A stretch of DNA of 64,000 nt from Macrostomum lignano (Eukaryota). The position numbers and the translations under genes were made by a program. The number at the start of each line of letters is the position of its first letter. The first letter of the stretch is position 1. Positions 36,390 to 50,000 of the stretch are shown here, piece after piece. Where the stretch lies: NCBI GenBank assembly GCA_002269645.1, contig NIVC01000059.1, positions 1,240,001 to 1,304,000 of the forward strand. The letters are read 5' to 3'. The notes under the pieces were generated by a model. That model had not been told where the DNA came from. It was given only the letters and a program-made list of their open reading frames with translations, and did no database searches.

Positions 36390-37998
36390 ATCTGTCAGTA
36401 GATTGTCAGCATCAGAGACACTCTGTCAGTAGATTGTCAGCATTAGAGAGACTCTGTCAGTAGATTGTCAGCATTAGAGAGACTGTCAGTAGATTGTCAG
36501 CATTAGAGAGACCTTGTCAGTAGATTGTCAGCATTAGAGAGACTTTGTAAGTAGATTGTCAGCATTATAGAGAGACTCTGTCAGTAGATTGTCAGAGAGA
36601 CTCTGTCAGTAGATTGTCAGCATTAGAGAGATCTGTCAGAGAGATCTGTCAGTAGATTGTCAGCATTAGAGAGACTCTATCAGTAGATTGTCAGCATTAG
36701 AGAGCGACCCTGTCAGTAGATTGTCAGCATTATAGAGCGACCCTGTCAGTAGATTGTCAGCATTAGAGAGCGACCCTGTCAGTAGATTGTCAGCATTAGA
36801 GAGCGACCCTGTCAGTAGATTGTCAGCATTAGAGAGACCTTGTCAGTAGATTGTCAGCATTAGAGAGACCCTGTCAGTAGATTGTCAGTATTAGAGAGAC
36901 CTTGTCAGTAGATTGTCAGCATTAGAGAGACTTTGTAAGTAGATTGTCAGCATTATAGAGAGACTCTGTCAGTAGATTGTCAGAGAGACTCTGTCAGTAG
37001 ATTGTCAGCATTAGAGAGATCTGTCAGAGAGATCTGTCAGTAGATTGTCAGCATTAGAGAGACTCTATCAGTAGATTGTCAGCATTAGAGAGACTCTATC
37101 AGTAGATTGTCAGCATTAGAGAGACTCTGTCAGTAGATTGTTAGAGAGAGCCTGTCAGTAGATTGTTAGAGAGAGCCTGTCAGTAGATTGTCAGAGAGAC
37201 TCTGTCAGTAGATTGTCAGAGAGACTGTCAGTAGATTGTCAGAGAGACTGTCAGTAGATTGTCAGAAAGACTCTGTCAGTAGATTGTCAGAGACTCTGTC
37301 AGTAGATTGTCAGAGAGACTCTGTCAGTAGATTGTCAGAGAGACTCTGTCAGTAGATTGTCAGAGAGACTCTGTCAGTAGATTGTCAGAGAGACTCTGTC
37401 AGTAGATTGTCAGAGAGACTCTGTCAGTAGATTGTTAGAGAGAGCCTGTCAGTAGATTGTCAGAGAGACTGTCAGTAGATTGTCAGAAAGACTCTGTCAG
37501 TAGATTGTCAGAGAGACTCTGTCAGTAGATTGTCAGAGAGACTGTCAGTAGATTGTTAGAGAGAGCCTGTCAGTAGATTGTCAGAGAGACTGTCAGTAGA
37601 TTGTCAGAAAGACTCTGTCAGTAGATTGTCAGAGAGACTCTGTCAGTAGATTGTCAGAAAGACTCTGTCAGTAGATTGTCAGAGAGACTCTGTCAGTAGA
37701 TTGTCAGAGAGACTCTGTCAGTAGATTGTTAGAGAGAGCCTGTCAGTAGATTGTCAGAGAGACTGTCAGTAGATTGTCAGAAAGACTCTGTCAGTAGATT
37801 GTCAGAGAGACTCTGTCAGTAGATTGTCAGAGAGACTCTGTCAGTAGATTGTCAGAGAGACTCTGTCAGTAGATTGTCAGAGAGACTCTGTCAGTAGATT
37901 GTCAGAGAGACTCTGTCAGTAGATTGTCAGAGAGACTCTGTCAGTAGATTGTCAGAGAGACTCTGTCAGTAGATTGTCAGAGAGACTCTGTCAGTAGA
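36390..37998. repeat. Minisatellite, ~25-bp unit (ctctgtcagtagattgtcagagaga)
   Basis: Tandem array with longer variant units at the left end. Confidence 0.95.
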
Positions 37999-38279
37999 TT
38001 ATACGGCTGGCCTATCCAGCGAGTAACTCATGAAAATGAGAGACGCGCCAATCAGCCAATGAGAGGCAACCAACCAACGATTGGCTGCCCTTGCACCCAA
38101 ATAAGTTGCAGTCTCAATGTCGAGTCGCTGAGTTACTAAAACTATCTGTAAAACAAGTTGGCGAACAATTTTTTTATTATCAATTTTTTTGATCGGCAAG
38201 ACAGTCGCTTAAATCCTTTGGTGAGCAATAGCGTTGTTTATAATAAAGTTTTAGTTTAATAATTACAAATAGTGTCAAT

Positions 38280-38715
38280 GCACCCTGACATCCTGACATC
38301 CTGATAGTAGAGTTCTGACATCCTCATAGTAGAGCCCTGACATCCTCATAAAAGCGGCCCTGACATTCTAAAGCTAGAGCTCTGACATGCTCATAAAAGT
38401 TGCCCTGACATTCTAAAGCTAGAGCTCTGACATGCTCATAAAAGCGGCCCTGACATTCTTAGCGGCCCTGACATTCTTAGCGGCCCTGACATTCTAAAGC
38501 TAGAGCTCTGACATGCTCACTGTAAAAGCGGCCCTGACCCTGACATTCTAAAGCTAGAGCTCTGACATGCTCATAAAAGCGGCCCTGACATTCTAAAGCC
38601 AGAGCTCTGACATCCTCTTTAAAGCGGCCCTGACATTCTAAAGCTAGAGCTCTGACATCCTCATAAAAGCGGCCCTGACATTCTAAAGCTAGAGCTCTGA
38701 CATGCTCATAAAAGC
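38280..38715. repeat. Minisatellite, ~45-bp unit (ctgacattctaaagctagagctctgacatgctcataaaagcggcc)
   Basis: Tandem array. Confidence 0.9.
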
Positions 38716-39339
38716 TTATTAATCGACCAGACTCACATCAAAGGCAAGCAAGAAAAAGCATAATATCGCAACTGAAAAGAATGCATTAATTTATGCAATA
38801 CTAGCAGCTCAGATTGAGCGGGTGCGCATTCTAGAAAAAGAGAATTGCATCCCCACATTTTGCCCTTTCTAATATCGACTAAGAAACAAAAGATAATCGA
38901 TAGGCTAGCTTAGCTTTACCGGGCATATATAGTTGCTCTACTATATAGTTAGTCAAACAGACCCACCTGCTTCTAATTCCTTCCTGTCTACGCCCACTCA
39001 AGGTTAGATAGAAGAGGAAACAGTAGGAGGAGCCAAGGATGAAAAAGCAGTCCAACCATGCGCTATAAAAACATTTCTTCTGTGCCTCGAAAGCTTGTAC
39101 AAAATGGCCGGGTAGAGACCGGGGTTGCGTGACTTGGGTAATGGGTGCATGCGGTTGCGCTAGTTCGGGGAACCTTTTGAGTAGAGATGGAGAATAGAGA
39201 AAAATACTATATACCAATTTTCGTATCGATTTGAATACCTGAATCTGCACTATTAAGCCTTGCTGGCTTCATTACTTCTGCTTGTTGCATCAGATTCACG
39301 TCTACCTGTAGGTCGCCACATTTGTTTCTTTGTTTGACA

Positions 39340-39650
<311 letters not shown>

Positions 39651-39763
39651 AGTCATCAAACAGAAATCTGATAAAAGACAAGCCAAGCTCTTTCTTCCTC
39701 GGACTATCATTCTCTTTCTTGCTTTAATATTCCGTTTTTCGTCTTCTTTTTGAGAAGCAACCT

Positions 39764-40318
39764 GTGCATGCCAGTAAGAGTACTTGCATGCAACCGTCTC
39801 CACCGATGCCCCAAAAAATCCAGCTACCCAAAATTTCCAGCCCCTCGACAGCACGCATGAGGCGACATCGGTACGGCCAGCTCAAGCGGCTGATCTCTGT
39901 CTGCCACTGCCACCTGCTGCTGCTGCTGCTTCGCACCCCAACAACTGCAGCAAACAAGCCCCTAGAAGCAGTAACCAGCCCGACCCAATCGCCATCGATT
40001 AAGCAGTTAAAACTCGACGCCGGTAAGACAACGCAAAACTACCAACGGGAAGATTTAGAAGACGATGCTGGTCACAAAGACTTCATCTTTGTTGTCGGGT
40101 TCCTCTGCTTAGCGAGCTTCGGCTTCGTCGCTTTGGTGGCGTTCTGCACTCGCTACGCAGCCTCGAAGTCCGACCGGCAGGCGGAGCGCTACCTGAGAGA
40201 GGTGGCCGAGAGACGACGAATCAGCGCCGAGGCGACCGCGGCGGCGTCCGTCAACAAGCGCGACGCTCATGCCGTCGCCCTAGTGCCAAGGATCACTGTG
40301 GACGCGAGCTCCGTCTGA
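39764..40318 (+). CDS. Unknown small type I membrane protein (likely start ATG 39857, 153 aa)
   Basis: GC-rich, exon-like ORF with a hydrophobic leader ([21 protein letters not shown]), a transmembrane-like segment ([22 protein letters not shown]) and a basic tail. A polypyrimidine/AG acceptor lies just upstream (~39730-39754). No family recognised. Confidence 0.6.
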   Translation: MHASKSTCMQPSPPMPQKIQLPKISSPSTARMRRHRYGQLKRLISVCHCHLLLLLLRTPTTAANKPLEAVTSPTQSPSIKQLKLDAGKTTQNYQREDLEDDAGHKDFIFVVGFLCLASFGFVALVAFCTRYAASKSDRQAERYLREVAERRRISAEATAAASVNKRDAHAVALVPRITVDASSV

Positions 40319-40399
40319 GCTCTATACTCGGTTGCGCCGCTGACAATAAGTTAACAGCGCCCTCATTGCGTCTCTTGCTTAAATGCATTGTCTATATGG

Positions 40400-40800
40400 C
40401 ATATTGTCTGTCTTATATGTAATTGTCTGTATGGCATATTGTCTGTCTTATATGTAATTGTCTGTATGGCATATTGTCTGTCTTATATGTAATTGTCTGT
40501 ATGGCATATTGTCTGTCTTATATGTAATTGTCTGTATGGCATATTGTCTGTCTTATATGTAACTGTCTGTATGTGGCATATTGTCTGTCTTATATGTAAC
40601 TGTCTGTATGTGGCATATTGTCTGTCTTACATGTAATTGTCTGAATGGCATATTGTCTGTCTTACATGTAATTGTCTGTATGGCATATTGTCTGTCTTAT
40701 ATGTAATTGTCGGTATGGCATATTGTCTGTCTTATATGTAACTGTCTGTATATGGCATATTGTCTGTCTTACATGTAACTGTCTGTATGGCATATTGTCT
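40400..40800. repeat. Minisatellite, ~35-bp unit (ggcatattgtctgtcttatatgtaattgtctgtat)
   Basis: Tandem array. Confidence 0.93.
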
Positions 40801-41069
40801 GCTTGCATGTACGCGGACAGTGTATCTTACGAGCTTACAAGTAGATCCTAAATAAAGCAGCTGTCGTTCAGAGTCGAATTTTATTTTTTTAAATTGCGAT
40901 ATACACGGCTCGTATATACAGTATTAAAATACATTGAAAGCATACGAAGCAATCCAGTTTACCTAAATAACGCGATTTTGCTACACAATAAATACAAAAT
41001 TAGCCTGTATCATAGGCGTGGACTCAAATTCACAGTGCGTCATGAATTGCGTTTGTCGAATTCTAGTTG

Positions 41070-41223
41070 CCTGTCTGCCTGTCTGGCCGGCTGTCTGTCC
41101 GTCTGTCTGTCTGGCCGGCTGTCTGTCTGTCTGTCTGTCTCTCTGTCCTGCTGTCTGTCTGTCTGTCTGTCTGTCTTAGTGTCTATCTTAGTGTCTGTCT
41201 GTCTGTCTGTCTGTCGGTCTGTC

Positions 41224-41304
<81 letters not shown>

Positions 41305-41325
41305 CTGTCTGTCTGTCGGTCTGTC

Positions 41326-41366
<41 letters not shown>

Positions 41367-41412
41367 CTGTCTGTCCGTCTGTCTGTCTGCCTGTCTGTCT
41401 GTCTGTCTGTCC

Positions 41413-41452
<40 letters not shown>

Positions 41453-41487
41453 GGCCGGCTGTCTGTCTGTCCGTCTGTCTGTCCTGC

Positions 41488-41532
<45 letters not shown>

Positions 41533-41552
41533 GGCCGGCTGTCTGTCTGTCC

Positions 41553-41590
<38 letters not shown>

Positions 41591-41611
41591 CTGTCTGTCT
41601 GTCTGTCCTGC

Positions 41612-41648
<37 letters not shown>

Positions 41649-41683
41649 GCCTGTCTGTCTGTCTGTCTGTCTGTCTGTCCTGC

Positions 41684-41746
<63 letters not shown>

Positions 41747-41845
41747 CTGTCTGCCTGTCTGTCTGTCCGTCTGTCTGTCTGCCTGTCTGTCTGTCCGTCT
41801 GTCTGTCTGTCCGTCTGTCTGTCTGTCTTTTCTGTCTGTCTGCCT
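41070..41845. repeat. Degenerate (TCTG)n microsatellite
   Basis: Direct observation. Confidence 0.95.
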
Positions 41846-42369
41846 GTCCATGTGTAACACAAGCTACATGAATAAAGAAACTGTAAATACGATTTTAAAC
41901 CGCTAGTGCAAAAATCGGTTCTCTCGAACCGAATAGCAGCAGTTCCTTCTCTCTCTCTCTCTCGCTCTCTCTCTCTCTCTCCACGCAGTACAAGCCTCTT
42001 CCTTCAATGCCTGGATGGAAATGACCCGGATTAACTTCCTAGCCCCTAAATCCCTGTTTTGAGCCTCCCAACTGTGCAAAGCTAGTCCCACTACTTCCTT
42101 TGAAGTGGCCGCTTATCTGCGAGTGAGCTTGGGTCTGAACTGAACGAACACAAACAAGCCATCAGAACTGGATTTTAATTCCTAAATATACGAGTACTTC
42201 GCGTCTGCCTACATGATCTGCGGTATCTAAGGCGGTTAGTTAATATCCCATGTAGGAGAGTAAAAAAACTTTTCTTTGAAAAGCGACTCCAGCTAGCTAG
42301 ATAGAGTAGGTTTGCTTAGCTTGCTTATGTTATTTTCATATTAGTTTCCTCAATGTGCTTTTTAATCTC

Positions 42370-43155
42370 AGTGTACATTCAGGACAGAAGAGTGGGGGAA
42401 GGAATTTCTAATAGTGTACATTCAGGACAGAAGAGTGGGGGAAGGAATTTCTAATAGTGTACATTCAGGACAGAAGAGTGGGGGAAGGAATTTCTAATAG
42501 TGTACATTCAGGACAGAGGAGTGGGGGAAGGAATTTCTAATAGTGTACATTCAGGACAGAGGAGTGGGGGAAGGAATTTCTAATAGTGTACATTCAGGAC
42601 AGAGGAGTGGGGGAAGGAATTTCTAATAGTGTACATTCAGGACAGAAGAGTGGGGGAAGGAATTTCTAATAGTGTACATTCAGGACAGAGGAGTGGGGGA
42701 AGGAATTTCTAATAGTGTACATTCAGGACAGAGGAGTGGGGGAAGGAATTTCTAATAGTGTACATTCAGGAAAGAAGAGTGGGGGAAGGAATTTCTAATA
42801 GTGTACATTCAGGACAGAGGAGTGGGGGAAGGAATTTCTAATAGTGTACATTCAGGACAGAGGAGTGGGGGAAGGAATTTCTAATAGTGTACATTCAGGA
42901 CAGAGGAGTGGGGGAAGGAATTTCTAATAGTGTACATTCAGGACAGAAGAGTGGGGGAAGGAATTTCTAATAGTGTACATTCAGGACAGAAGAGTGGGGG
43001 AAGGAATTTCTAATAGTGTACATTCAGGACAGAAGAGTGGGGGAAGGAATTTCTAATAGTGTACATTCAGGACAGAAGAGTGGGGGAAGGAATTTCTAAT
43101 AGTGTACATTCAGGACAGAAGAGTGGGGGAAGGAATTTTCTACAATAGTGTACAT
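42370..43155. repeat. Minisatellite, 43-bp unit (tagtgtacattcaggacagaagagtgggggaaggaatttctaa), ~18 copies
   Basis: Highly homogeneous units with no unique spacers, so not CRISPR. Confidence 0.95.
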
Positions 43156-43679
43156 TATAAATATGAATAAACAAATCAAACAAAAAACCATTCAAGATTG
43201 AAATGGCCCTAAAAGAACTGTCAGTTTACAGGCGGGGAAGGCTAATAAAAATTATTATATATTCCTTTCTACACCAATCGTTCCACATATATTTTATAAT
43301 ACCAAAATAAGCGCTACAACTATTGTAAGCATTGCAACATTACAAAAAACCACTTGTCGCATAATTTTTTTTTGTTCTTAAACGAAATAATAAGAAAAAC
43401 AACAAGACAGTTAAAAGCCGTAACAGGAGAGCAATTTGAAAGTAACAGAGTACATTGTACAAAGCATTCTATAGCTGAAAGATGCACTACCAGAGGCAGA
43501 GTACTCGTACACAAGCAAAGAGATCATCGCGTTTATGAACATTGACAGAATAAGAAGAGAATTAGCAAGTGTTATTAAAAAAGTACAGTTTCTTCATATA
43601 GGAGATTAGATGCACACAAGAAATGAGAGAGTAGATGCACACGAGAGATGAGAGAGTAGATTCACACAAGAGATAATAG

Positions 43680-44510
43680 AGTAGATGGAGACAGGAGACG
43701 AGAGTAGATGGAGATAGGAGATAGGAGATGAGAATAGATGGAGATAGGAGATGAGAGTAGATGGAGATAGGAGATGACAGTAGATTGAGATAGGAGATGA
43801 GAGTAGATGGAGATAGATGAGAGTAGATGGAGATAGGAGATGACAGTAGATGGAGATAGGAGATGAGAGTAGATGACAGTAGATGGAGATAGGAGATGAG
43901 AGTAGATGGAGATAGGAGATGAGAGTAGATGGAGATAGGAGATGAGAATAGATGGAGATAGGAGATGACAGTAGATGGAGATAGGAGATGAGAATAGATG
44001 ACAGTAGATGGAGATAGGAGATGAGAGTAGATGACAGTAGATGGAGATAGGAGATGAGAGTAGATGGAGATAGGAGATGAGAGTAGATGGAGATAGGAGA
44101 TGAGAATAGATGGAGATAGGAGATGACAGTAGATGGAGATAGGAGATGAGAATAGATGACAGTAGATGGAGATAGGAGATGAGAGTAGATGACAGTAGAT
44201 GGAGATAGGAGATGAGAATAGATGGAGATAGGAGATGACAGTAGATGGAGATAGGAGATGAGAATAGATGGAGATAGGAGATGACAGTAGATGGAGATAG
44301 GAGATGAGAATAGATGGAGATAGATGATAGTAGATGGAGATAGGAGATGAGAATAGATGGAGATAGATGATAGTAGATGGAGATAGGAGATGAGAATAGA
44401 TGGAGATAGATGATAGTAGATGGAGATAGGAGATGATAGTAGATGGAGATAGGAGATGACAGTAGATGGAGATAGGAGATGACAGTAGATGGAGATAGAT
44501 GACAGTAGAT
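43680..44510. repeat. Purine-rich minisatellite, ~23-bp unit (agtagatggagataggagatgag)
   Basis: Tandem array. Confidence 0.93.
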
Positions 44511-45049
44511 GATTAAGCACATAAGCACAAATTAGGAAGCAGTTTTCAACACGCCAACGCAGGCGAGAATGTATTGTAAATTTTATACTATGCATCACGA
44601 AGTTAAAGTAGAAGACGCACTTTGAAAAAAAATTAGTGGCAAAACAAAGCTGTATTCAATATGGTAACAAAACTTTAAACCATGATCCATACCGCACTGC
44701 ACAGCTTCGAACTAGCATGCATAGAAGACGTGGAAAGCAAAAACGCAACTATAAAATAATTTGAATAATTTATTTATATACGATACGACAAATAATTTAG
44801 CGTAAACAACCTTCACTAAAACAAAGCATTATTGTATTATTTATACAACGGAAACGCAAAACCATAAAAAGCGCATGCACAAATAAAATTGAAAAATATT
44901 CTTTTATTGAAAAAAATTATGCACTCAAAGGGCATTCAATCCTCTCTTTTAAGTATTTGAGATAAGGGACACATTAAATCATCGCCTAGGCCTTAAGGTA
45001 ATACGGATGTACGCATTGAGAAATCATTAGATTATTTTACGAGATTGGG

Positions 45050-45480
45050 AACATGATTAGAAATGGACTAGGGAGGAATTAGGAAATGATTAGGGGGGAT
45101 TAGAAAGGTATTAAGTAAGGATTCGGAAGGGATTAAGAAAGGATTAAGGAGGTATTCGGAAATGATTAAAGAGGGATAAGGATGGGACTAAGGAGGTATT
45201 AGAAAGGGATTAAGGAGGGATCAGGAAGGGATTAAGGAGGTATTAGAAAGGGATTAAGGAGGGATCAGGAAGGGATTAAGGAGGTATTAGAAAGGGATTA
45301 AGGAGGGATCAGGAAGGGATTAAGGAGGTATTCGGAAGGGATTAAGGAGGGATCAGGAAGGGATTAAGGAGGTATTAGAAAGGGATTAAGGAGGAATCAG
45401 GAAGGATTAAGGAGGGATTCGGAAGGAATTAAGGAGGAATCAGGAAGACATTCGGGAGACTACTAAAGAATTAGGAAGCG
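45050..45480. repeat. Purine-rich minisatellite, ~22-bp unit (gggattaaggaggtattagaaa / gggattaaggagggatcaggaa)
   Basis: Tandem array with alternating variants. Confidence 0.85.
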
Positions 45481-46339
45481 ATTAAATTACAAGAAGCAGA
45501 CTACATTGATGCAAATACAATTAAAACAAAATTCATAACCACTAATAACTGCATTATAGCATGCAGTTCATATTAACAAACTACACAAAATCGTTTGTTT
45601 TTCAACTTTGAAAGCGGGTACAGAGATTCAAAAGCTACATTAATTACAACTTTTTGGACAAGCCTTTGTAATAATTAAAACCGAAACATATTACAGTTTA
45701 CAGATCAAACAGGCAGTTCTGAATCTTTATAGTGAATTATTATTAGTGCAATAAAACAACTATTATTGTGACTAGATGGTGGAGTTAAAAAAGATATAAG
45801 ATCAGTAAAGTAAACAGTTATTGCTCAGTAAATTAAGCATTAGTGATTTATTTATAACAAATAGCCAAGAGATTGCCATTAAAAAACCTGGTTGCAAACA
45901 CACAATATTGCAATATAGAAGTGAAACATTCAAATAAATAATTATTAAAAAGAGTTTTACCATAGATCAAAGTGAGGATCAGGTAGAAAAAAAGTGATAA
46001 AGAGGTCAGGAGAAAAGACTCCTAAAAATTCGAAAGAAAAGATTTGAGATTATTTGTTAATTAATATAATTTTTGAACATGCAAAAAATAATTATTTGGT
46101 CATTGCATACGGTTTATATGGGCTAATTATTTCAATAATCTATTGATTAAATTCGATGGTTCTGTTGTCTAAGACTTCCAATTGGACCAGGAAAGATCAA
46201 ACAAAAGAAAAAATCAATTAGCAATCCAATTTTCTACAGTAATTGTTAAAAGAAAACATTGTTGCCATTATTTCGGCTTTCTAAGAATTTTTCCAAGCTT
46301 TTTTAAATATTGGCAGATTTTTTTGGAAACTGTTGATGC

Positions 46340-46910
46340 GTTTCTTAGAAATTTTTACACGGGTTTTTACCTTTGAGCCTCTTTATAAAACCGTGTCTGT
46401 TTCTTAGAAACAACCTTGGAAACTAACATGAAAATATCCGACGTTTCGTGGAAACTATCGTGGAGGTTGTTTCTTAGAAAATTTGAACCAGGTTTTATAA
46501 ACCCTGTAAACTATATCAACATTTCTTGGAAACTAAATCGACATTTCTTAGAAACAATATCAATATTTCTTGGAATCCATATTAACATTTCTTAGAAACC
46601 ATATCGACATTTCTTAGAAACTATATCAACATTTCTTAGAAACCATATCGATATTTCTTAGAAACTATATTAACATTTCTTAGAAACTATATTTACATTT
46701 ATGAGAAAATACATAAAAGTTTCTTAGAAAGCAACATCGATGTATCTTAGAAAGAATATGAACGCATCATGCAAACAACATTGTTTCCTAGAAACATGTT
46801 AAAGTTTCATAGAAATTACTTTCGAATTTCTTAGAAACAAAACTCATGTTTTAAAAACAATTTATTATTATCTTAGAATCGATACCGGTGTTTCTAAGAA
46901 ACGTCTTATC
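46340..46910. repeat. Degenerate ~22-bp array built on the quasi-palindrome TTTCTTAGAAA
   Basis: More than 15 copies of tttc-NNN-gaaa at ~22-bp spacing, just downstream of the MAP4K stop. Confidence 0.8.
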
Positions 46911-47016
46911 TTAGACCTTTTCCCCAATTTTTTAAAAGAAACACTTTACTAAGTTTCGAAGGCAAAAGGTCAATCAGGCTCTGTTTAAATTTAAATTTAT
47001 CATTCTTAGAAAATAT

Positions 47017-50000
47017 CTAAGCCACAGGGTCGGCTCTGGCGTGGCCGCAGCCAACAATCAGCAGCAGGTCACAGCTGGCCATCGGGTCGTGCACCGGCCG
47101 ACGCTCCAGCACCGGGTTGGGCCCGGCAACGCCGACAAATCGATAAACGTGATCGGGGTCATCAAAACTGTGCAACAGATCCGTATCATTGTTCGCAGTC
47201 TTAGTTAGCTCCGAGTCGAAGCAGCGAGCTTGAAAACCGTGCTTATAAAAGCAGACAACGGCTCGATCTTCTAACGATAGTGCATTCTCGATTGTGAAGC
47301 TGAGAGAGACGGCGCCGCCTAGGGAGCGACCATTCGCCGGGTGGAACAGTCGCGCCTGGTTGCTATGGCAAACCAGCACGCTGGACAGGTCCAGCTGGGA
47401 AACGCAGGTGGTTTCAACCTGTGCGGAGTTGATTTAAGATTCTTAAGATAAGTTGAGCAACCCATTAGATACCTGCCTGATACCCATTAGATACATGCCT
47501 GATACCCATTAGATACCTGCCTGATACACATTAGATACCTGCCTGATACCCATTAGATACCTGCCTGATACCCATTAGATACCTGCCTGATACCCATTAG
47601 ATACCTGCCTGATAGCCATTAGATACCTGCCTGATACCCATTAGATACCTGCCTGATACCCATTAGATACCTGTTTGAGATACCCAGTAGATACCTGTCT
47701 GAGATACCTAGTAGATACCTGTCTGAGATACCTAGTAGATACCTGTCTGAGATACCTAGCAGATACCTGTCTGAGATACCTAGTAGATACCTGTCTGAGA
47801 TACCTAGTAGATACTTGTCTGAGATACCCATTAGATACCTGTCTAACATACACATAAGACAGCTGTCCGAGATACCCATCAAACACTGTGATACCCATTA
47901 AGTACTCTGTTACTGAGATTACTGTTAAACAACCTAAGATGCCATTAGAATTTAGACACCTGTCTAAGATACCTAATAAAAACAAGTCCAAGATTCCTTT
48001 TAGAATATATTTACCTGACATACCCATTAGTTACCTAGATCTGCAATACCCCATTAGTTCCCCAGATTTGAAATACCCTATTAGTTACCTAGATCTGCAA
48101 TACCAAATTAGTTACCTAGATCTGCAATACCCCATTAGTTCCCCAGATTTGAAATACCCTATTAGTTACCTAGATCTGCAATACCCCATTAGTTACCTAG
48201 ATCTGAAAATACCCGAATCAGAAACCCAGTGAAAGCTACTCAAACAATGATTACCTCCTCATCCAAGCCGGCTGGGTCAGCGGGCCACAGCTCAACCAGT
48301 CCATCCAGCCGATTCAAGTCCAGCAATCGAAACCGAACGCAGGCCTCGTTGCGGCCCTGCAGCACACCGACGCACACGAACGGCAGTTTATAGCCGCTGC
48401 GAACAAATAATTCGAATGTCAGCAGAGGCTGAGGCAGATCCGGGCATTGCAGACACTTGTACTCTAGGAAATTTCGCCGCCCATTGTCCCATTGTAGTAG
48501 GAGAACTGAGTCTGGCATTGCGCAGGCCAGCCACCGTTCGGCTGTCTCCGGGTGCTTCCTGGCCGAGACTCGCATGCAGCCTTTGGTGCGGGGAATCTTT
48601 GCGGACGGCGGGTTGTTGGCTAGGCGCATGGCAACCCGGCCTTTCAGCTGAGGAGTTGAGGATTGGGAATTGCTTTTGTTTGAGTCTGATTATATTGAGA
48701 CTCAGGGTGGTCACTCAGAGAATCAGGGTGGTCACTCAGAGACTCAGGCTGGTCACTCAAGAGACTCAGGGTGGTCACTCAAGAGACTCAGGGTGGTCAC
48801 TCAGAGACTCAGGGTGGTCACTCAGAGACTCAGGGTGGTCACTCAAGAGACTCAGGGTGGTCACTCAGAGACTCAGGGTTGTCACTAAAGAGACTCAGGG
48901 TGGTCACTCAAGAGACTCAGGCTGGTCACTCAAGAGACTCAGGGTTGTCACTAAAGAGACTCAGGGTGGTCACTCAAGAGACTCAGGGTTGTCACTAAAG
49001 AGACTCAGGCTGGTCACTAAAGAGACTCAGGGTTGTCACTAAAGAGACTCAGGCTGGTCACTAAAGAGACTCAGGGTGGTCACTCAAGAGACTCAGGGTG
49101 GTCACTCAAGATACTCAGGCTGGTCACTAAAGAGACTCAGGGTGGTCACTCAGAGACTCAGGGTTGTCACTAAAGAGACTCAGGCTGGTCACTCAGAGAC
49201 TCAGGGTGGTCACTCAAGAGACTCAGGGTGGTCACTCAAGAGACTCAGGGTGGTCACTCAAGAGACTCAGGGTGGTCACTCAAGAGACTCAGGGTGGTCA
49301 CTCAAGAAACTCAGAATGGTCACTCAGAGACTCAGGGTGGTCACTAAAGAGACTCAGGGTGGTCACTCAAGAGACTCAGGCTGGTCACTCAAGAGACTCA
49401 GGGTGGTCACTCAAGAGACTCAGGGTGGTCACTCAAGAGACTCAGGGTGGTCACTAAAGAGACTCAGCCAATAGCTAGCCTTACATTGCAGTAAAGTAGA
49501 AACTTTTTATAGGAATAAAAATAGTTTTAAAAATATAAATAAAATCAATCCGAAAATAGATATTTACTGTGCTAATAGCATAGAATATCATACATTAGAT
49601 AACTCACATCCGTCTAACTCTGAACGGTAAAAAATTCAGTGAAGGCTTAAAAATTCAAATTTTTTTGTTTTCGGAGGTACCTAGAGAAGCAAGAGAGAGA
49701 GAGGGGGGGGAGAGATATGGTATGTTGGGAAAACTCATAAACAGCAAAGCATTCAGCGCCAATTCTTGGTCAAAGCTAATATTCGTTTAACATAAAATTC
49801 TCCATATGGAAAGAATTACAGACTGTTATAATCGTAGTGGTTTCTCTGGAGTTTCTGTTAGTGACCCATGAGCCTCTGAGTGACTCACTGAGCCTATGAG
49901 TGACTCACTGAGCCTCTTAGTGACTCACTGAGCCTCTGGGTGACTCACTGAGCCTCTTAGTGACCCATGAGCCTCTGAGTGACTCACTGAGCCTATGAGT

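Noticed and set aside
42370-43155. GGAATTTC in every 43-bp unit as a possible NF-kB array
   Set aside because: It ends GGAATTTCT rather than a full GGRNNYYCC site, and the units are uniformly identical, so there is no sign of selection on the motif.
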